This document shows, piece after piece, positions 16,726 through 18,194 of a stretch of DNA of 18,194 nt. The stretch covers positions 1-18,194 of the forward strand of contig JBHLLF010000049.1 of assembly GCA_048885865.1 (NCBI GenBank). The letters are read 5' to 3'. The notes beneath the pieces are model-generated. The model searched no databases. It worked only from the letters and a program-made list of their open reading frames with translations, and was not told the origin of the DNA. Made by a program: the position numbers and the translations under genes. The DNA is from Candidatus Hermodarchaeota archaeon (GTDB lineage: Archaea; Asgardarchaeota; Thorarchaeia; Thorarchaeales; Thorarchaeaceae). Numbering within the stretch: position 1 is the stretch's first letter; each line of letters opens with the position of its first letter.

Positions 16726-16813
16726 AACGTTTGGTACATATCAAACATAGCAACATTTGCTTATAAAGTGTTTGATAAACGCCAAACGTTACATAATTTG
16801 CAAACGTTTAAAT
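16726..16813. promoter_or_regulatory. Divergent promoter with TATA boxes and palindromic operators GTTTG-N8-CAAAC
   Basis: TTTATAA on the minus strand (16767-16761), flanked by operators at 16729-16746 and 16770-16787. Degenerate third site GTTAC-N8-CAAAC at 16788-16805 lies next to TTTAAAT (16807-16813), which faces the flavodoxin gene. Confidence 0.75.
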
Positions 16814-16876
16814 TCCATTGAGTGGTAGTCAACATAAGCTCCTATGGAAGTCATGTCATAGGGGAGATGAATAATC

Positions 16877-17335
16877 ATGAAGCACGCACTAGTAATCTAT
16901 GACACAACCTTCGGAAACACAAAGCTGCTCGCTGAAGAGATTGCAGCTGGGATAGAAGATGCTGGAGATATCACCTGCACAGTCAAACATCACAAGGACC
17001 TGAACGGGTGCGACATTGGAAAGTTTGATGCGTTCCTCTTTGGTGGCCCCATTCACGCAGCAATGGCAACTCGTGGAATCAAAGGCGCAATCAAGAAAGC
17101 TGCCAAGAAGGGGCTCGATGGTAAGTTTGTGAGCACGTTCGATACTCACATGGGGCAGGTAGGAAGAGGTGTGAAGAACATGGAATCGTTATTGACCAAG
17201 ATCGCGCCTGATGCACGCCTTATAACTCCAGGATTCTCTTGCCGCGTGGAGGGCTTTCGAGGCCCCCTCAGAGAAGAGGAGCTTCCGCAGGCACGTGAGT
17301 TTGGAAAGACGATCGGGCTGGAGATTCTTCAGTAG
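16877..17335 (+). CDS. Flavodoxin / flavodoxin-domain protein
   Basis: FMN phosphate loop IYDTTFGNTKLLAEEIA, FDAFLFGGPIH and FDT. 152 aa. GGGGAG upstream. Confidence 0.9.
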   Translation: MKHALVIYDTTFGNTKLLAEEIAAGIEDAGDITCTVKHHKDLNGCDIGKFDAFLFGGPIHAAMATRGIKGAIKKAAKKGLDGKFVSTFDTHMGQVGRGVKNMESLLTKIAPDARLITPGFSCRVEGFRGPLREEELPQAREFGKTIGLEILQ

Positions 17336-17446
17336 CTCACTAAGAGAGTGGACAGGTATCATGTCTACTCTATTTCTTGTTTTTGGGATATCTGGGATCC
17401 ATTAAGCGGAAATGGAATCCACTGGCAAGACGAAACCTTAGAGCGG

Positions 17447-17599
17447 TCATGCGATGATACCACGACCGTCAACTATGCGATATGTGGGAACAGTCGCCAT
17501 AGCATATGTCTTGCCAGTAGGAGCCAATCCACGATATTCACCTGTGTGAGTCCCGGTGATTTCCACCCAAATACATCCATTATCTCCTTGAGCGGTTAT
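17447..17599 (-). pseudogene. Remnant of a SnoaL-like ester cyclase (NTF2-like) gene
   Basis: Translates ITAQGDNGCIWVEITGTHTGEYRGLAPTGKTYAMATVPTYRIVDGR, matching the family's AEGD...GTHxGxFxGxxPTGK...RIxDG pattern. The N-terminal half and a credible start/SD are missing, and it ends at an early TGA. Confidence 0.7.
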
Positions 17600-17600
17600 A

Positions 17601-18194
17601 CTACAGAACCGCTGGTATAATGAAATTGTCAATGAGCAGACTATCGACGGGACCAGACCAAATCAAATCATTTGGATCATTGGCCGTGAAGACCACCACA
17701 ATATCATATTCCGGCATTACAATAATCCGCTGTGTATTTGCCCCAAATGCCTGGTAATATTTGCCAGGAGTGACCCACCACAAATATCCATAGTGAATTG
17801 GAAATACTCCAAACAACAATCTGTCGATTAGAGCGCTCGTTGATGTTTCAGCCCATTCTTCCGAAACAACTTGTCGTCCACGCCACTTCCCCTCATTCAA
17901 AAGCATCAATCCAATGCGTGCCATCGCTCTATGTGTCATGAAAAGCCCGAATCCCCCATGATACTTAGTCGCAAGATCTCCCGTTCCCCATGCCGAAGGA
18001 CCATACATCCAGTCCCATTCGCTATCTCGGATTTTAAGGGGTCTGAATAAATATCTCCGAGCAAATTGAGCCGTCGTCATCCCAGTCTTTTCTGCGATGA
18101 TCACTGACAGCATTTCTGCATTTCCACTTGAATATGTCCAAGCGAGAGGATCGTCTGTTCCTGGCAGATAATCCATTGGTTTTGTTAGATAGTA
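17601..18194 (-). CDS. Serine hydrolase, beta-lactamase/AmpC-like family; C-terminal part only (5'-truncated by the window)
   Basis: The frame is open to the window edge (YYLTKPMDYLPG...). Motifs WTYSSGNAEMLS (Y-x-S), GGFGLFMTHRAMARIGLMLLNEGKWRGRQVVSEEW, YGYLWW and QRIIVMPEYDIVVVFTA. Confidence 0.88.
   Translation of the reverse strand, partial: YYLTKPMDYLPGTDDPLAWTYSSGNAEMLSVIIAEKTGMTTAQFARRYLFRPLKIRDSEWDWMYGPSAWGTGDLATKYHGGFGLFMTHRAMARIGLMLLNEGKWRGRQVVSEEWAETSTSALIDRLLFGVFPIHYGYLWWVTPGKYYQAFGANTQRIIVMPEYDIVVVFTANDPNDLIWSGPVDSLLIDNFIIPAVL

Noticed and set aside
15500-16876. RiPP biosynthetic cluster around the radical SAM gene
   Set aside because: No credible precursor peptide, RRE domain, peptidase or ABC exporter is visible in the window.
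17348-17620. 90-aa plus-strand ORF after the flavodoxin
   Set aside because: Antisense to the ester-cyclase remnant, no recognisable motif, and overlaps the hydrolase 3' end.
17601-18194. Antibiotic-resistance beta-lactamase call
   Set aside because: Only the C-terminal part is visible. The fold family is dominated by esterases and amidases, so resistance cannot be inferred.

Overview
Gene-dense window with archaeal signatures: GGAGG/GGTGA ribosome-binding sites, TTTATAA/TTTAAA TATA boxes, T-rich terminators and many N-x-S/T sequons on surface proteins. An Asgard/Thorarchaeota-like origin is my inference from gene style and is not proven. From left to right: the 3' part (>=1535 aa, open to the window edge) of a giant acidic thrombospondin-type-3 (TSP3)-like repeat surface protein with one TM helix and a cytoplasmic Ig-like domain resembling coat-adaptor appendage domains; a membrane-anchored beta-rich protein; a YhhN/lysoplasmalogenase; a TPR protein; a 1101-aa multidomain GNAT; a class I SAM methyltransferase; a small GNAT; a five-gene minus-strand operon (radical SAM, two paralogous polytopic membrane proteins, winged-HTH regulator, DUF4097-like anchored protein); a divergent flavodoxin; an ester-cyclase gene remnant; and the 3' end of a beta-lactamase-family serine hydrolase. 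The operon promoter carries GTTTG-N8-CAAAC palindromes on both sides of the TATA box. The two best candidates for undescribed systems are (1) the probably autoregulated radical SAM/twin membrane protein/flavodoxin module and (2) the receptor-like TSP3 giant with an appendage-like cytoplasmic tail. No rRNA, tRNA, CRISPR array or mobile element was seen.
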